A DNA stretch of 63,111 nucleotides, filler included, from Licmophora abbreviata (Eukaryota): the NCBI GenBank assembly GCA_900291995.1. It is 14 parts of 14 records of this genome, joined end to end, with 100 filler letters (N's around TTAATTAATTAA, not from the genome) between each part and the next. Parts side by side here need not be neighbours in the genome. Positions count along the whole stretch, not along the records: positions 14,610 to 23,748 come from OLMU01000446.1; positions 23,849 to 30,794 come from OLMU01000447.1; positions 30,895 to 37,326 come from OLMU01000448.1; 11 more parts are not named here. One strand, given 5' to 3'. Shown here piece by piece: positions 22,613 through 35,798 of the stretch. The translations under genes were made by a program, and so were the position numbers. Under the pieces are notes generated by a model. That model had not been told where the DNA came from and did not search any database. It saw only the letters and a program-made list of their open reading frames with translations. Position 1 is the stretch's first letter. Every line of letters starts with the position of its first letter.

Positions 22613-25041
22613 ATGACCTCTACGAGAGCATTCCCCGCAACTGAACGAATTTACATTGGCGGCTTGGATCCGTCCAGACTGAGCGTGGATGAAGTCGTAT
22701 CTCGCATCGAGTCGTCTCTTCCCACCATTCAATTGACTGTCTCGACATCCTCCAGCGACGATGCGGTGGCTGGATCGGACAAGACTTACTTTTACGTGAA
22801 TGCAAAGCATCGAACAGGCGAAACCAGTCAAGATGAAACGCCATCGTCATCTTGTCTTCAAATCATTGCCAAGCAGTATCACAATGTCAAATGGAAAGGT
22901 TCCAAGCTCCGAGTGGAAGCGGCGAGACCACACTTTCTGCAACGACTCATCAAAGAAATCGAGGAACGCCAACGGCATGTGAAGGAGAGAACAGAAGATA
23001 ATCGTAGTGCTGACAATCCACAGCCAGCATTAGCAGCTTCCACTCCCAGAATCCCAAGACACCTGCGGATACGACAACGCTTCGGACAGGAGGCTCATCC
23101 TGTCGATACCAAGTCGGTCAAGGTGGACGACTGGTCCCGATTCTCACGAGCTGTCGGAAAAATGAGACTGAAGCGGGAACGTTTCTGGAGTCAGAAGCAA
23201 TCTCATGAGGAGCTACCAGCGGTAAACAAGTCCCATTTCAATCGGTCCGTCCATTTGCGATTTCAGAAGCCTCACGATGATGATGATGAGGATGATGATG
23301 ATGATCAACCAACCGCGCACACAAATGGCATCCCGACTCTTGCCGATTCCGACTCGTCTTCCACCGCGAGCTTACAGACCGATAATGAGGATTCGGCAAG
23401 CTCAGATAGCTCATTGGATGATGAGAGCAACAGTAGTGTAGAGAAGGTACGAGGGCGGGCGTATGTCTGGTCGGACGACGACTCTTTGTCATCCAGCAAC
23501 GAGCAAGACTTGCAACACGGCCAGCCAGAATCATCCGAATCGGAAGAGGATTCCTTACCAGAGAAACCACATGATTGGTCCAGTAGTAAGGCTTCAGAAG
23601 GAATTCCTGAAAATAAAAAACCTGTGCCATCAGATGATTATCTTGCGACAATGAGCGTTTCGAGTGACCATGACAACGACGACGATTCTTCCACCATTGA
23701 TTCTACCGACGATGCATCCGCACCTGACAATGATGACATTGTCGAATCNNNNNNNNNNNNNNNNNNNNNNNNNNNNNNNNNNNNNNNNNNNNTTAATTAA
23801 TTAANNNNNNNNNNNNNNNNNNNNNNNNNNNNNNNNNNNNNNNNNNNNAGCCAGAATCATCCGAATCGGAAGAGGATTCCTTACCAGAAAATCCACATGA
23901 TTGGTCCAGTGGTAAGGCTTCAGAAGGAATTCCTGAAAATAAGAAACCTGTGCCATCAGATGATTATCATGCGACCATGAGCGTTTCGAGTGACCATGAC
24001 AACGACGACGGTTCTTCCGCCATTGATTCTACCGACGATGCATCCGCACCTGACAATGATGACATTGTCGAATCCAAGAACACTGATCTCTACGATGATG
24101 TCAAGTCCAATCTTACTGTCCTGTCGTCGATTTTCCCGGAAATGTCGGGGGCAGCTCCGACAGAAGTTCGCGTCGCCCACAACACCACTGACAATGGCAA
24201 CTCAGAGTCCAAGATCCAGACGATCCAGCCCGGTTGGGAACGAGAACAAGGTTCGTCGATATCTGCTCAAATAGGCACGATGCAACGTTTCGATCCAACA
24301 AAGGAATCTGCACAGAAATATGAACTGGAGTCGTCCCCGAGCGCCAACAAGGGTGAGGAGGCGTTAGAGCAGGACGACGTGTCAAGAGAGGCAACAGCGC
24401 CTGACTCTGATACGACGGAGAGTCAGCAAGACATTGCACTGGCTGAACAGCCGACCTCAAGAGCAGAGAATGTGTACCAACAAGACAAGCTAGAGGATGT
24501 TTTCCGAGAAGCTAGACAAACTGAGAGCGGTCAAGCGACGTTGGGGACTGACAAACAACAGGGCGGCGGAAGCTTTTCGTTTGGTTTTGATTTTGGCGAG
24601 AGCCCTTCGACCAAAGCACGCAATAGAGATGAGACTGGCAACAAGTCAAATGCGACTGGTTTTTCGTTTGCATTTGATGTTGGGAAGGACGTGGGCACGG
24701 GATTATCCGCACAGACACCAAAGCGCATTTTGGATGATATCGAGAAGGAACGCGAAGAAACTACTCCGATGGAGGAGGCGGCATCCGCTATTCAAGTACC
24801 CAAGAAGAGTCAATTCCGACGACGCGGGATAGTGTTCCCCAGCAACGTTCTTGAGCAGTATACGAAGGATTTCTTTGCAATGAACGACGGAACGAGAATT
24901 CAGGCGGACGTCGAGGGCTTCGAGAATGACGAAGAGGTAAAGAGATGGTGGCTGAAAGAACGACACACCTTGACGCAGGACTGGAAACGAAAGAAAAAGT
25001 ATGCACAATCTCGACAGCAAAAGAGGACGAAGTTTCTTTAA
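22613..25041 (+). CDS. NOL8/Nop8-like nucleolar protein: N-terminal RRM and acidic low-complexity body; spans a gap with a duplicated overlap
   Basis: RIYIGGL (RNP2) and YHNVKWKGSKLRVEAARPHFLQRL, typical of the NOL8 RRM. C-terminus WLKERHTLTQDWKRKKK. Confidence 0.72.
23523..24074 (+). repeat. About 226-bp near-identical direct duplication flanking a scaffold gap (23523-23748 vs 23849-24074), probably two unmerged alleles
   Basis: By-eye alignment shows about 8 substitutions and no indels. Both copies abut the spacer. Confidence 0.85.
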
Positions 25042-25047
25042 TAGATT

Positions 25048-26373
25048 CTATTTTGCTGTATCGTCCGCTGTCGTGTGGGTGATCATGTCGCCAACTCTGT
25101 GCGTGGCACTGCCGCGAGTTAGCGGTTTTTGTTGTGACTCATGCGGCGTCCACCCGATTGCATAGATTATTTGAACCGACGCTTCTATGTTGCCTTCTTC
25201 AATGCCATGGTCCGTCTCTAGTCCAAACATCTCGTCGTATATACAGGCAGATGCTAGAAACGTATCCAGAGATGTGCGTTTCCGACGATTGATACACGCG
25301 TTGCTCTCTCCCATGCGTTGCAAGTGTTCCATGAGTGTCATGGCATTCGGGTAAGCGACCTTGATCGTATCAACATCGATTGTCGGGAGAGAGAAGCCTG
25401 CACTCTGCAGAAGACCGCCCACGTCGGAAAGTTCCACAAAAGGTCCCACGTGTGGACTCACACCTCCGTCCCGTTCCATTTCAGCAAGTACCATACTTGC
25501 ACGAAGTTCTGGGAGCGATGACCCTCCAATCATGGCAAACATGAAACAACCGTCCGATTTCAGTACTCGCTGTATGTCACATCAGGTTTCGCAAAGGATG
25601 AGCGACTGTGATAGGCACACGCACACCGACACCGAAGGTCCCATCTTGGCGCATACCAATCCATTGAGATGCTCACCTTCGCTTCTTTAAATAATCCAGG
25701 CAGGTTATTGACCCAATGCAGTGCCACCGAACTTATCACCAAATCGAATGTCCCGTCCGGAAAGGGCAACGTTCCTTCCTCGTTTCCCTCCAGTCGATAC
25801 GTTCCACACAGCTCTGCTCCCACTACTGGAATATCCGCATCTCGATGTAGCATTTCCGCGCTACTGTCCATCTGTACTAGTTTTCGTACGCCCCCGATAC
25901 CACCGACTCCATCCAAGGCCTCGTCGGCGCAAATGGCGCGATGCAGATAGCCAGGTCCAGAGCCCAGATCGAGGGCCAGCGGGAATCCCTCGTCACGCTT
26001 AATGTCATCCAGTCGATCAACTAGTCGCGTCGCAACTTCTGTCCGAAAGTAGTCGTACTCCACGACTTCCTTGCTGGCGTCCTTGCGTTCCCAAGCCTTG
26101 TGCGCTCGAGCTGCGCCGTCTCGTTGGAGCTTCTTGACGCCTCGATCAAATGCGAAGCTGCTGCTTTCCTCGGTAGAGAATTGCAAGCACTGAGATAATT
26201 CCGGTATTATAGGGTGACGGGAGAGCAGTTGGCGTTTGAAAAAAGATGGAAACGACATCCTTCGATCCAGAACAAGAGGAGCGCACCGTCATCAGGGTCG
26301 GCCGATTGTGATGGAAACCGCGGCAAAGAGAAAGGATCAGCGGGGGTTGTTTTCGCATCAAAAAATAGCTCAT
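25048..26373 (-). CDS. NDUFAF5: NDUFAF5, mitochondrial complex I assembly factor (SAM-dependent methyltransferase fold)
   Basis: FDRGVKKLQRD, RLVDRLDDIKR, LDLGSG, LHWVNNLPG, LAEMERDGGVSPHVGP, LQRMGESNA, IGWTPHESQQKP. Exons 26373-26287, 26189-25677, 25569-25048. Confidence 0.92.
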
Positions 26374-26548
26374 GCACTTGGTACTCGTTATCCCGTGGAA
26401 TCTACATGTACGTTCCAATGTGCGAGCTCTATTTGTTTGAACGTCGCTTGGCGCCTCTTTCATCTTGGATTGTTTTCCTCCCGATCTATCGTACTGCGAT
26501 CTAAGGAAAATATTTGATTGACAAATATGTCTACATGGTACTATTCGT

Positions 26549-27240
26549 TTACGTGATGACTTCGAGACTCAGCCACAAGAACATGGCAGTGGCAAGAAAC
26601 ACTTCATGCTGTCCAACGCAGAAAAAGAATAGTCCTGCATAGCAGGCGTACTTGAGCAGAACATACTGACTGGCTTGTTCGCCCAATTTTCGGCGCATCC
26701 TTTCGATGCGACGGGAAAGATCAACGTTCTTAAAGACAAGTTCATGAATGCATCGTCGAGCACCCTCAATATCCTTGAACAGGCTCTCGACAAGATCCTC
26801 GGTCGCGTCAAGTTTGGATTGAAGGAACTGAGTGCGCTGGTCGGCGTCTCGCAGCTTGGAGAGCAATAGCGAGTCGCCTTCTTGAGAGCTCGGAGCTATC
26901 GATGGAGGAGCAGGCCCAGATGATTGGAGAATAACAACTTCCGATGGGGGCGGGACTTGCGCGTGAGGGAATGATCGTCGCGGGTAGATGGGAGAAACCG
27001 GCACATCATTGACGCGAAGACTTGGAACAACAAAAGTACTCGACGGGTCAAGTGGCGGAGAGCATACCGGCACCTTGCGGCTGTGATCCATAGACCGATT
27101 TAAGCGAGCAGGGGATGCCTCCTCGTCCGATTCGGGAGTGATGGGTACACGGTATGGTTCGCTTTCGGCAGAAATACGACTGTTCGGGCTCGATGTGAGT
27201 TCCGGAGGGCCATTTACTGGGTCTTGTGAAAAAATTCTGA
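26549..27240 (-). CDS. Coiled-coil segment with a C-terminal hydrophobic tail; probably the kinesin tail in a shifted frame
   Basis: This frame is open from about 27248 to the stop at 26549 and overlaps the end of the kinesin frame. It has a heptad pattern and the hydrophobic end YACYAGLFFFCVG...FLATAMFLWLSL. Confidence 0.6.
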
Positions 27241-28987
27241 TTCGACGCTATTGTCCGACTTTCTGTCTGGTATCGGAACACCCGTCTCGAACGACTTCTC
27301 AAATGTTTGACTGGAGTTGAGAAAGGAGCTCAATCGAACTTCAGTCTCGTTTGATTGGATGGCGTGTGAGTCGCCTGAGAAGACGATCGACTCGAGAGTC
27401 GTCTCGCGCTTCTCCAACTCCTTCAATGCACGAGTTGCCTCAGCCAACTCGCGCTGAAGTTTCTGGATTAGAGCGCTGTCATCGAGAACCTCGTTAACCT
27501 TGGCGGTCGTCTGGATGAGCTGAGCGCGACTCGCAAACTTAAGCGTAGACCTTGTCTCCTCGACATGAAGTCTTGAAGCAGTAATGCAACAGAGGACCGC
27601 CATGACTCCTGCGTTGCCCGACAGGTACGGCTGAAGGAGACGCGTCAGCTTGGAATCACGATAGTTAATGTAAGCAGGACGTTTGTTCGGGGGTTGACTA
27701 AGCGCGTGAATAACCTGCGACAGAGAGAGCAAACTTTATCGACAAAGGCCATAGAGTTGAGCTACGGAGTCCAGCACCACAAAATGCGTCGCGATTGGCG
27801 GACTGACCTCTGGTTGATCTTGCCTCCCTCACGCTTCCTCATGGCACTGGACGAATGGTGACCACTCTCGGACCCTGCCAGATCCACTAAATTCAAAGTC
27901 GAAATCCGCAGAATACGACCTTCATCAGAATTGTCCTCGGACTTTTTGGCGCGACTCTCGATAGTGATTCGGAAAATTGCGTGACTCCTAGACGATTGTT
28001 CATTCATATTTGTCTCCGCCTGAGCACGACGTTGATTGCCTTGCTGTAGCACATCCGCAAATGAAACGGCATCCTCAACAATACTCTCCCGAGCATCGAC
28101 ATAGACGCCTCCACGCTTCGGATCTTCTCGGACAGCCAATACCTGGGAGCTACTAGTTCGTCTCTTTGAGTGCACAGCTCTACTGTCTTGTTCGACCCGT
28201 AGCAGGTCACGAACAGCCTCATTGTAGATTTCAATGAAAGAAACTCTAATGGTATAGTCTCGATTGTCAGAGTCATTGGCCACCCACTGAAAGAGGTCCT
28301 TTGCGACCATTTGAATGATCCCAACATCATCGTATTCGACGTCACTCCCTTGCATCGTGTACGTCTTTCCACTCGAAGTTTGACCGTATGCAAAAATCGT
28401 TCCGTTGCGACCTCCAATGGCTTTCCGCAAGATGGGCTTCACCATGGTATTGTACACATGAGTCGTCGAAGTCACTTCACCAAAGATGTCGTCAAAGTGA
28501 AAAAGCGATCGTCCTTCCACTTTGCGGACACCCTTTTGTGCGATGACATCAGCCGAGATGTCAGACTTAGTGATTGCCCACGCACGCGCATCGGTAGAAT
28601 CTGCCTTTCTGGAGCGAAACGACATGTTCCGTGGATGGAGAGGCGCTTTCAACTCCTCGGGAGTGAGAGGTCGTACTCGTACACCAACTGATAAGAGAGT
28701 GAACAATGAGTAAGCTACGGTACATCGAAGGACGTCATCATCAATCGGAGTGGAGAATCTCGCGTCGTACCTTTGATTGGTTGATGACTTTCACATTCTG
28801 TTGTACGCTCTTCCATACCCATGGATGCAGGTTGCGTACTCGGCGTCGATCCTGATGCTTGCGACTCTGATGGGGCCAGGGGCGCGTACTCTACACCCTT
28901 TGCCATGGTCTCGGATGCCCACTCTTGTGCGGCTTCTTCCTCAATGAAGTTGTGCAAGTTGATGTCATTTTCACTCTGATCCTCCAT
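27214..28987 (-). CDS. Kinesin motor protein (kinesin-7/CENP-E-like)
   Basis: Exons 28987-28771, 28687-27808, 27733 onward. IKVGVRVRP, P-loop GQTSSGKT, SSRSH, LVDLAGSE, INQSLLSL, YRDSKLTRLLQ, ETRSTLKFASRA, followed by a coiled coil. Confidence 0.92.
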
Positions 28988-29592
28988 TTTCAATAGCTCC
29001 ACGGGATTGCACCTATGCTGAGTTCTCAAACGCTTCGTTCTTGACAAGAGTCACGCAGTACCAATTGTCTCAACGCAAAGATCCACAAAGCGTTCGGAAG
29101 CTTTGAATGTGGTTGGATCGTATCGGCGAAAGCCAACACACAACAAACTGCTGAACTGGCAGGCAGGCTCCGAAATTGTGAGCAAGCCAATCTACGTAGG
29201 ATTAAGTAGCATTGAGTACAAATAGAGGATTTAAATATCAAACATGTGTCATGATATTACAATAATACAATAACATTCATGCATATACGTTTGGATAACG
29301 AAATCAGGCGGCCGTCGATTTGTACTTTTTTCACGAAGGCGGCGACGTCGCGACGATGGCGTGCTAGGATTTGCATGAACTTTTGACGTGACAGCACACC
29401 ATTGCAGATTCTCTGGAGAGAAAATAGTGCTCAGCGCGTGGGGTTAGCACACGTTATCTATGCTTAGCGAAGCCGAACAGGCTGAAATTGAAATTGAGTT
29501 CTATCCAGTTCGTTTCCCTCCATTTTTCCTCGACTAACAAAAAGTCGCAACAATTCGTTTTTGAGCACCCGCTTGCTAGATTTGCTTACTGT

Positions 29593-32500
29593 ATGGAGCA
29601 CGACCCGTCGCTCGCACCGGTGGCCGAAGGGAGCGCACGCATAAACATGGAGAACGTGCCATGTAGCCAGGAGTGTGTGGAGTGGGACGAACAATCAAAC
29701 GTCGACTTGCGACAGCTTGTCAGGTCGCCGAACATGCCAATGACACCTGCATTGTTGTTGACGCAGCACAATCCCACCTCGACCGGTGCTAGCTCGCTCG
29801 CGTCTCGTACGCGATCAATGAAACAAAAGCTCTCTCCAAAACCTACAATTCCAAAGGCAATGCCGTCATCATCGTCCTCGTCTTCATCGTCTTCCAACAA
29901 GCGCGGTGTCGTGAAGCGTCTGGATCGCAACTACAGTCCTGGAAAGGAAGTCGATAGTCTCTTGGGTCTCCTTCCCGCAACAGCGGCAAGTATTGCCACA
30001 AGCACAGAAGATGACGCCGAGGCACCCACTCAGATCAAGAGCAACCTTGTTCGCACGGCGACGTATCCACCGTCCACATCGCTTCCTGGGAAAGGTCGTC
30101 GCCGGAAGCGAAAGGGGGGCGTCGAGACAGCAGAACGAGAGCAAGCGGCGCGTCTTGAAGCGCAGGTCGGAGGTGTGCCTCGACACACGCGACGACGTCC
30201 TAAGAGTGCTGAAGGTGCTAGAGAGGACGCATCGAAGGGGCCTTTCGCCCGGACCGATTGTTCTGCAGAGTTTGAAGAGTTGCTGAAACAGCTTGACGAC
30301 CCCGAAATGCGGTCTCCTGACCGAAAGGCACGACGTCCGCTTGAGCCGAGTCGGATTAACGTCATGCCGACTGGAAGATTGGAAGAGGGCGGAATGGTCG
30401 CGAGCTTGGAAGTGCCACGTGTGTCAAGAGCGCCGCCTGTTCCATCACAGCAGCAGACATCAGAGGTCGTTCCGGTTTTCGATCGACCACCTGTGATTCA
30501 GACGGGAAGGCCTGCGGCTGTGTCGCAGAAGCAAACAGCAAGGACCGTTTCATTTCCGAATGTCCGTATCGCTCAAGGTTACAATCGAAATCGCAGCACG
30601 GCGTCATTTGGCCCGAAGTTGCAACATGCGAACCATCCGACAACTACGACGGTTGGATGCGAGGCGGAAGAGAGAACGCCTCTCATGAATTGTAATCAGC
30701 AGAGAGCCTCGGTAGGGATAAAAGCTCTTCCGAGGACGGCTGTTGCACGAGGAGCTGCTGGAAGTGGTCCGAACGAGGCGATCGACACGTCGGTNNNNNN
30801 NNNNNNNNNNNNNNNNNNNNNNNNNNNNNNNNNNNNNNTTAATTAATTAANNNNNNNNNNNNNNNNNNNNNNNNNNNNNNNNNNNNNNNNNNNNCTCCTG
30901 ACGCGACTCGGAACTCGACGCCGCGCACGCTGACGACAGGAGTACACTCATCGACTTCTCCTTGGGAGTTTGGGGACGATATTGATTTCAGTGAAGAGGC
31001 GTTGAAAGCTCTGGATGCTACCTCTTGTGAGCTCACTATCGCGTTGAAAAAGGAACCAATACCAGCGGGAAAAGTCGCCAAGCCAGGAGGCATGGTTGCA
31101 ATCGCTTCACCGCCTCAACCTGCCCTCTTGAATGTCAACAGGGCGGTCGTCCATGAACACTCATCTACAGAGAGCAAGCGAATCGATCCCGTCCCCGCGG
31201 ATGAGTTTGGCGACTTTCCCGTGTCCAATGTGGATCTCGAAGCGATCGAACAGCAGATTGCAACGAGGAACAAAGCACCTTCGATCGAGGAGTTTGACGA
31301 TTTTCCCTTTGTTGCAGCTGACTTCGACGCCCTGGACGAGCAGATACAGGCACGAGGTCAAAGCCAGTCCAAGACAGAGTTTGACGAGTTCCCCGACATG
31401 GAAATGGACTTCGATGCGCTGGATAGGAGTATCGCGGCCCGAGCAGCAAACGCAAATATCCTGCCGCCAGTCGACGTACCTGTTGTCAACCCGGTCAATC
31501 CCAGCTTCGATCCGAAGAATGCTTTCATCTCGTTCTCGCGCTATAAAGTACATCGAGTCACAGATGATACATCGACCTATACAAAAACACTCGAAGTCGA
31601 ACTTTGGAAGCCATGGAATGAAAGGTCAATTCACCGATTTGGCACTTCAGGATGGAATTGCACCGCTGCTTCGACAGACGTGAGTACAGCTGAACAGCCT
31701 CGGGGGAACGTCGTTCTACGAGGGGAATGGTATCACTCTCTGGTGATGGAAAATGATTTAATTCACCTTTGCTCACTTAGTGGACGGTATCGCACGGATG
31801 TTTCTGCGCTTCCGGTCGTGCTGAACACATGTCCTCCCCCCGGAAGTGATTTAAGGGACGATCTGGTCGTGATTATTCATCCGGACCTTCTTGTGGCGCC
31901 CACCGTGATCAGTGAAACAGTAAGCTGCTCGCGGCGTGCCGTACTTCGGTCGAGATTAGGATCAACCGTTCTAACATGTAAGTTCCGGCCATGGTAACCA
32001 TCAACCTTGCTTCGTCGACTCACACAGCCCCTTCTTTGCTTGTGCAGCGAAAGCAGCTCTTTTCGGGACTATGCGTCACGATCTCTTCGCCGAATGCATG
32101 AGCTCTCAAGACTTTTCGGTCGAATCCGCGAGAAAGTCTGTGAACCGTATTGTGCGCGAATCATCACTGTCTCTGGTTGGATGCGGGGTAACAGACAAAG
32201 AAGCCCAAAGCGAGATTATCCGGGTTGTGCCGCAGATTCAGCGATTCGCTACCGACTTCACGTCGTTTCAAAATACTCAGTCTCTGAGACAGCCGACTAT
32301 ACTTCCGTCTGGCAACATCGGCAAACGTTTGGGATCGAGAGTCGTTGGTCACGGGGGACAGCCCGACATCACGTTTTGTGCCGAATCGGTCACTTCTGTC
32401 GAGGAACCTGCTGTTTGTCCTGAGCTCGGACTCAAAGGGAACATCGACGTAACTGTTTTGGCGTCAATGAATGCCCCTACTGCGCATAGCTCTACCGCAA

Positions 32501-35500
32501 CAGTTCGTCCTGTACAACGGTTGATGGGTATCGAGCTAAAGACAGGGCATAACCAGAATCCCCAGAACGCTCACATGGCGCAGTTGGCTCTATATACGCT
32601 AATGCTCAGAATTCGGCACGGTGAGAACTCTTCAGGGAACTATGCTGCCGCTACGGACCCTGCAGTGGCGGCGAACGGTGGTATTCTTCTTTATCTTAAC
32701 AGCGAGTCGTACCGGACAATTCACGTCTCTCCATTGCTAAGTGAAATGAGAAGCTTGATTGGACAACGGAATGTCGTGGCTGCTGAACTCCGACGTGCTG
32801 CTCGTCCGCGCGGCATTAAGTTGTCCTATCAGGCCGACGAAAGTACGGTGGGCAATGACCGCGATGATGTTGAGGCAAGGTATGAATCATTGTCTTGTCG
32901 CGATCGAAGCATTCTCCTATTCCAGTCCTTCCTGTCTCAAACGGTCCTCTCCTTTGTCAATTCATGTTTGCAGCGTCGATGTGCTTCCTGCGCCCCCCGC
33001 TTCGCTTCCTGGTGTTCTCTCCACCTCACACTCTTGCTCAAGGTGCTACATGAACCGCGAATGTATGCTCTACGCTGCAGCTGAGAAGGCTTCGCCAAGT
33101 TTTACTTTTCAAGGTCTTGACAAATCTCACGGAAAATTGCTACGTCATTTTACCGGCCACCTCACCGAAGATGACCTTATTTACTTTCGACAGTGGGACC
33201 GCCTAATCGACCTAGAGGCCGATGCATCTACCCACTTTATCAGTGAATCATGGCTGGTCACTTCCATCGACCAAGAGAAGTCAACTGGGAAATGCATGGC
33301 TGCTCTTGCCTTCGACGAAGTTGGATCGATGTTGAGAAATGGCCCCTTGCCCGGGAGGGCAGAAGCAAATCCCTCCCGTATACTTGTATTTCGGAGAGAT
33401 GGCGATTCACCGTTGTCCACGCCTTTATCACGGTTGAATTTTGAGCTAGGAAGTCACGTCGTCGTCAGTATGGACGGCACTCTTTTTGACCTTTCCTATC
33501 AGAAGGACGACAAGGGTCGACCGAACCAGCCTGTTGCGGATGCCCACAGTGGTACTCGGTACCAGCTACACATAGTGAGGGGTGTCGTCGAGAGCTTGGA
33601 CGAGTCCATGGTTGCGATCCGCGCGTCACAGAAGGAATGGAGTCATCTGAAGCGATTGGTTGAAGAGAATTCGAAAATTGTCGCTGCTGAGCCTGCTCAT
33701 TGTCCTATCCTCTTCCGTCTTGATAAGGATGAGGTATCGACGGGAGTTGGGACTCTTCGACAGAATCTTATCAATCTTTTAACGAAGGATGTAGATTCTA
33801 TAGAGGCTGGAGTGTCTGGCCCCCGAGCATTTCAGGCGATTACCGCGCCGGCGCCAGAGCCGCCGCGCCCAAATCGTCTTTCATGGCTGCGAGGCGCGCT
33901 GGTGCGTATGCTTCCTCCGACCTTTGACCTCGCTATCTGTAAATCGATGTTCAGCACGAGCCGCATCATCGTAGACAGCTCTCGCAAAGATGGCTCCACT
34001 AATATTGCCTCACTGGCTTTGGAATTTGCTGAGTTGAACGTGGATCAACGGAAGGCAGTTGAAAAGGTAAGCGCCGTACCGATTCATTTGGATGTGTTAG
34101 ATCCCATCTGTTCTCAAACGTTGTATACTCTTCGTTCATTTCAGATCTTCGGTATGAAAGACTACACTTTGCTCCAAGGTCTGCCCGGTACTGGAAAGAC
34201 ATCAACTATCTCCTTTATGGCCAGGCTTTTCGCAGCTCACGGGAAAAGAGTGCTGATCACGAGTTATACACACGCCGCTGTTGACAATCTGATGATCAAG
34301 CTCGTCGATAGAGGTATGGCTGCCAGGACCCCTGGAGACCCGCTATCTTCATTAGTGCGAGTGGGCAGAAAGACTGCTTGCCACCCTGATGTGCACTCTA
34401 TTCTCGCGGAAACGCTTGCCGCCGAGCTTGAGAAGGATACACCCTCTGGTCTAGGAAGCGATGAGAAAACTATGGCGCCGTCAGCGGATAGTCTGCGCGC
34501 TGTGATTTCTTCTGCGAGGATCGTTGGTGTCAGCGCTCTTACGGTTCCCCGCTCTCCGCTATTACTTGGCCAGCACTTCGACGTTGTAATAATCGACGAG
34601 GCTGGTCAGATTAGCCAGCCAGCAATACTTGGCGCTTTAATGGCAGCGGATTCATTCGTGCTTGTCGGGGATCACATGCAACTCCCCCCGCTTGTTCTTA
34701 GCGACATTGCTGAGAAAGGAGGTGAGTGCTGCGTAGACAACACGATTGCTGTGTGCCGTAATATCCCGCTGTCTCTCAAACCGGCCGTCTCATCTGTCTT
34801 CTTTTGTTAAAAAAATCATTCTCGAAGGCTATGCCGTGTCCATGTTAAAACGGCTCGCTGATCGATTCCCCGACGCAGTGGCCCCGCTTACTCTTCAGTA
34901 CCGCATGAACGATGCGATATGTCAGCTGTCCAACGAAATTGTCTACGGAGGCAAGCTCCAATGTGCCAACGATTGCGTACGCTCGCAGGTACTGAATCTT
35001 CCTTCGTTTCCTCATGGTGTATACGAAGGCATGCCTGAAAGCAAGCAGGCCGTCGAATGGCTCACGGCAATTGTTGACCCTCAGCGCCCTGTCGTGTTTG
35101 CAAATACGGACTCAATCAAATCCCCTGGTACACTCTCGATGAGTCCCGGAGCGCACGCACCCACGGAACTTTCGGGGGACCAGCAAATCGTCGGGCTTGA
35201 ACGCAGGACGGGACGGAATGGGAAGGGGCACATTGTTAACTACGCTGAAACGTCGATCGTTCGCCGTGCGATTAAAAGTCTTGTCGGATGTGGGCTGGCT
35301 CCTTCCCAAATCGGCGTGATTTGCCCGCTTCGATCACAAGTAAGGAAGTCGAGCACGCTTTTTCGTAGCTGAATGTATCACTTGGTCTAACTCCTTTTGT
35401 CTTTCTATCCTTTAGCTTCAATTCATTGAGAAGAATCCAGACTTTCGTGACTGGAAGACATCCGGCCTTGAAATCAGCACTATAGACCGATACCAAGGCC

Positions 35501-35736
35501 GTGACAAGGCAGTCATCATTATCTCCTTCGTTCGAAGCAACACGAAAGGAAATGTCGGAAGACTCCTCGAAGACTTCAGACGCCTAAACGTCGCCGTGTC
35601 TCGTGCCAAACAAAAACTGATCATGATTGGCTCGTACTCCACGCTACATCAGGGCAGCTCCATTCTTCGCCCTGTATTAGAGAAGATGCAGCGTCGAAAG
35701 CAAATCGAGCTTCTCCCTGAAAATGCATTGACATAA
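29593..35736 (+). CDS. DNA2: DNA2 nuclease/helicase with a long disordered N-terminus; spans the gap at 30795
   Basis: LRGEW, IIHPDLL, CSRRAVL, GLKGNIDV, ELKTG (PD-(D/E)xK nuclease), Fe-S cysteines CSRC...EC, QGLPGTGKT, IDEAGQ, GDHMQLPP, QYRMN, TIDRYQGRD, RRLNVAVSRAK. Introns start at about 31978, 32880, 34067, 34722 and 35340. Linkage of 29593-30794 across the gap is inferred. Confidence 0.9.
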
Positions 35737-35798
35737 TTCAATTATTACAGTTTGTACCACGACTTGTTTTTCAGCCTAGTCTATCGGCCCAGCGCCGT

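Noticed and set aside
32071..33084. Cas4-like PD-(D/E)xK nuclease with Fe-S cysteines
   Set aside because: It is the nuclease domain of spliced DNA2; there is no cas context or array.
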